Source: an uncultured bacterium
Lineage (GTDB): Bacteria; SAR324; NAC60-12
NCBI GenBank assembly: GCA_965662845.1
Contig: CBFIJD010000018.1
Span: forward strand, 8,073-56,148
Reading direction: 5' to 3'
DNA length: 48,076 bases
Made by a program: the position numbers and the translations under genes. Below, piece by piece: positions 47,479 to 48,076 of this stretch. The notes below the pieces were generated by a model. It was not told the DNA's origin and did not search any database. It was given only the letters and a program-made list of their open reading frames with translations. Each line of letters opens with the position of its first letter. Position 1 is the stretch's first letter.

Positions 47479-47848
47479 GGGGGTGTTCCGGTATTCGACT
47501 GGGTGTAGAAATTATTGAGAGCAAGCCGTGGGTGATGTTCGGCCACGTGAAAACGATCATCAAAAATCTAGCTGCAAACAACAGCGACTATACTCCGGCA
47601 CGCGCAGCTCTAGCTGCGTGATGCTGGCATCTCACGGGTGATTGTCTAAGGTCACTCGCCGAGGTGTAACCTGCACTTAGGCTGGCTTTGACGGACTTCC
47701 GACGGCAAGGTAAGAACTCAGGGAGTGTACGCAAGTGAGGCGGTCGGATGCCAACACCCTGCGTGAAAACGAAAAGTTGCGACTAAGCTTGTAGCGCTTG
47801 ATGTGGAAACACCACAGGACGCGAGTTCGACTCTCGCCACCTCCACCA
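47479..47848 (+). ncRNA. ssrA: tmRNA
   Basis: 5' GGGGGTG pairs with 3' CACCTCC-ACCA including the G3-U wobble; T-arm GCGAG-TTCGACT-CTCGC; tag ORF 47574-47621 = ANNSDYTPARAALAA*. Confidence 0.96.
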
Positions 47849-48076
47849 CTTCACCACTTTCGTTGTCATCACCTCACCTTGAGCAACCGCAAGAGCGCAC
47901 AGCGCTTGAATCTGCGGGTGTTGCGCTCCTGCCTTTCTCTGCAAAGATAACCCTCCATTTACTTCTGACGATTCGGCTAGCGCCCCCGTATGCGCCCCCG
48001 CCATTCATGAGGATTGCTGTGCGCGATTGTCGCGAGGCGCTGCAAGCCGGAGCGGCTGCCAGTCGGTCTCGTCAAT

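Noticed and set aside
47783..48004. Minus-strand ORF containing WWRWRESNSRP
   Set aside because: Typical antisense translation of a tRNA-like 3' end (tmRNA)
47974..48052. GGCTAGCG...GCG(C/T)TGCAAGCCG resemblance to the 110-bp repeat unit
   Set aside because: Two short matches with different spacing; consistent with chance

Overview
Bacterial chromosomal window. The gene content suggests a marine deltaproteobacteria-like lineage such as SAR324; this is inference and was not verified. It opens with four tandem flagellin genes. The first three are preceded by long (~1-1.4 kb) hairpin-rich non-coding spacers carrying three different structured tandem duplications, and the flagellin leaders contain CsrA-type GGA motifs. 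Next come mnmE, a FlgN-like gene, secreted/hypothetical genes, moaB, and an unusual HTH/coiled-coil/sigma70-region-4 gene overlapping a dynamin-like GTPase. The middle holds aceA with a divergent XRE/RamB-like regulator, a fused glycine/sarcosine/dimethylglycine methyltransferase with a long structured leader, a tetraheme UshA-like cytochrome, tatD, rnc, rluB, a FapA-like gene, a plant-type dapA, a GH20-like hydrolase, nusB, pncB, a Nudix hydrolase, a PAS histidine kinase, plsC and tldD-pmbA. The end holds a histidine kinase/beta-barrel/small secreted protein module flanked by the same 16-bp near-palindrome, followed by tmRNA. No transposase, integrase or CRISPR array was seen.
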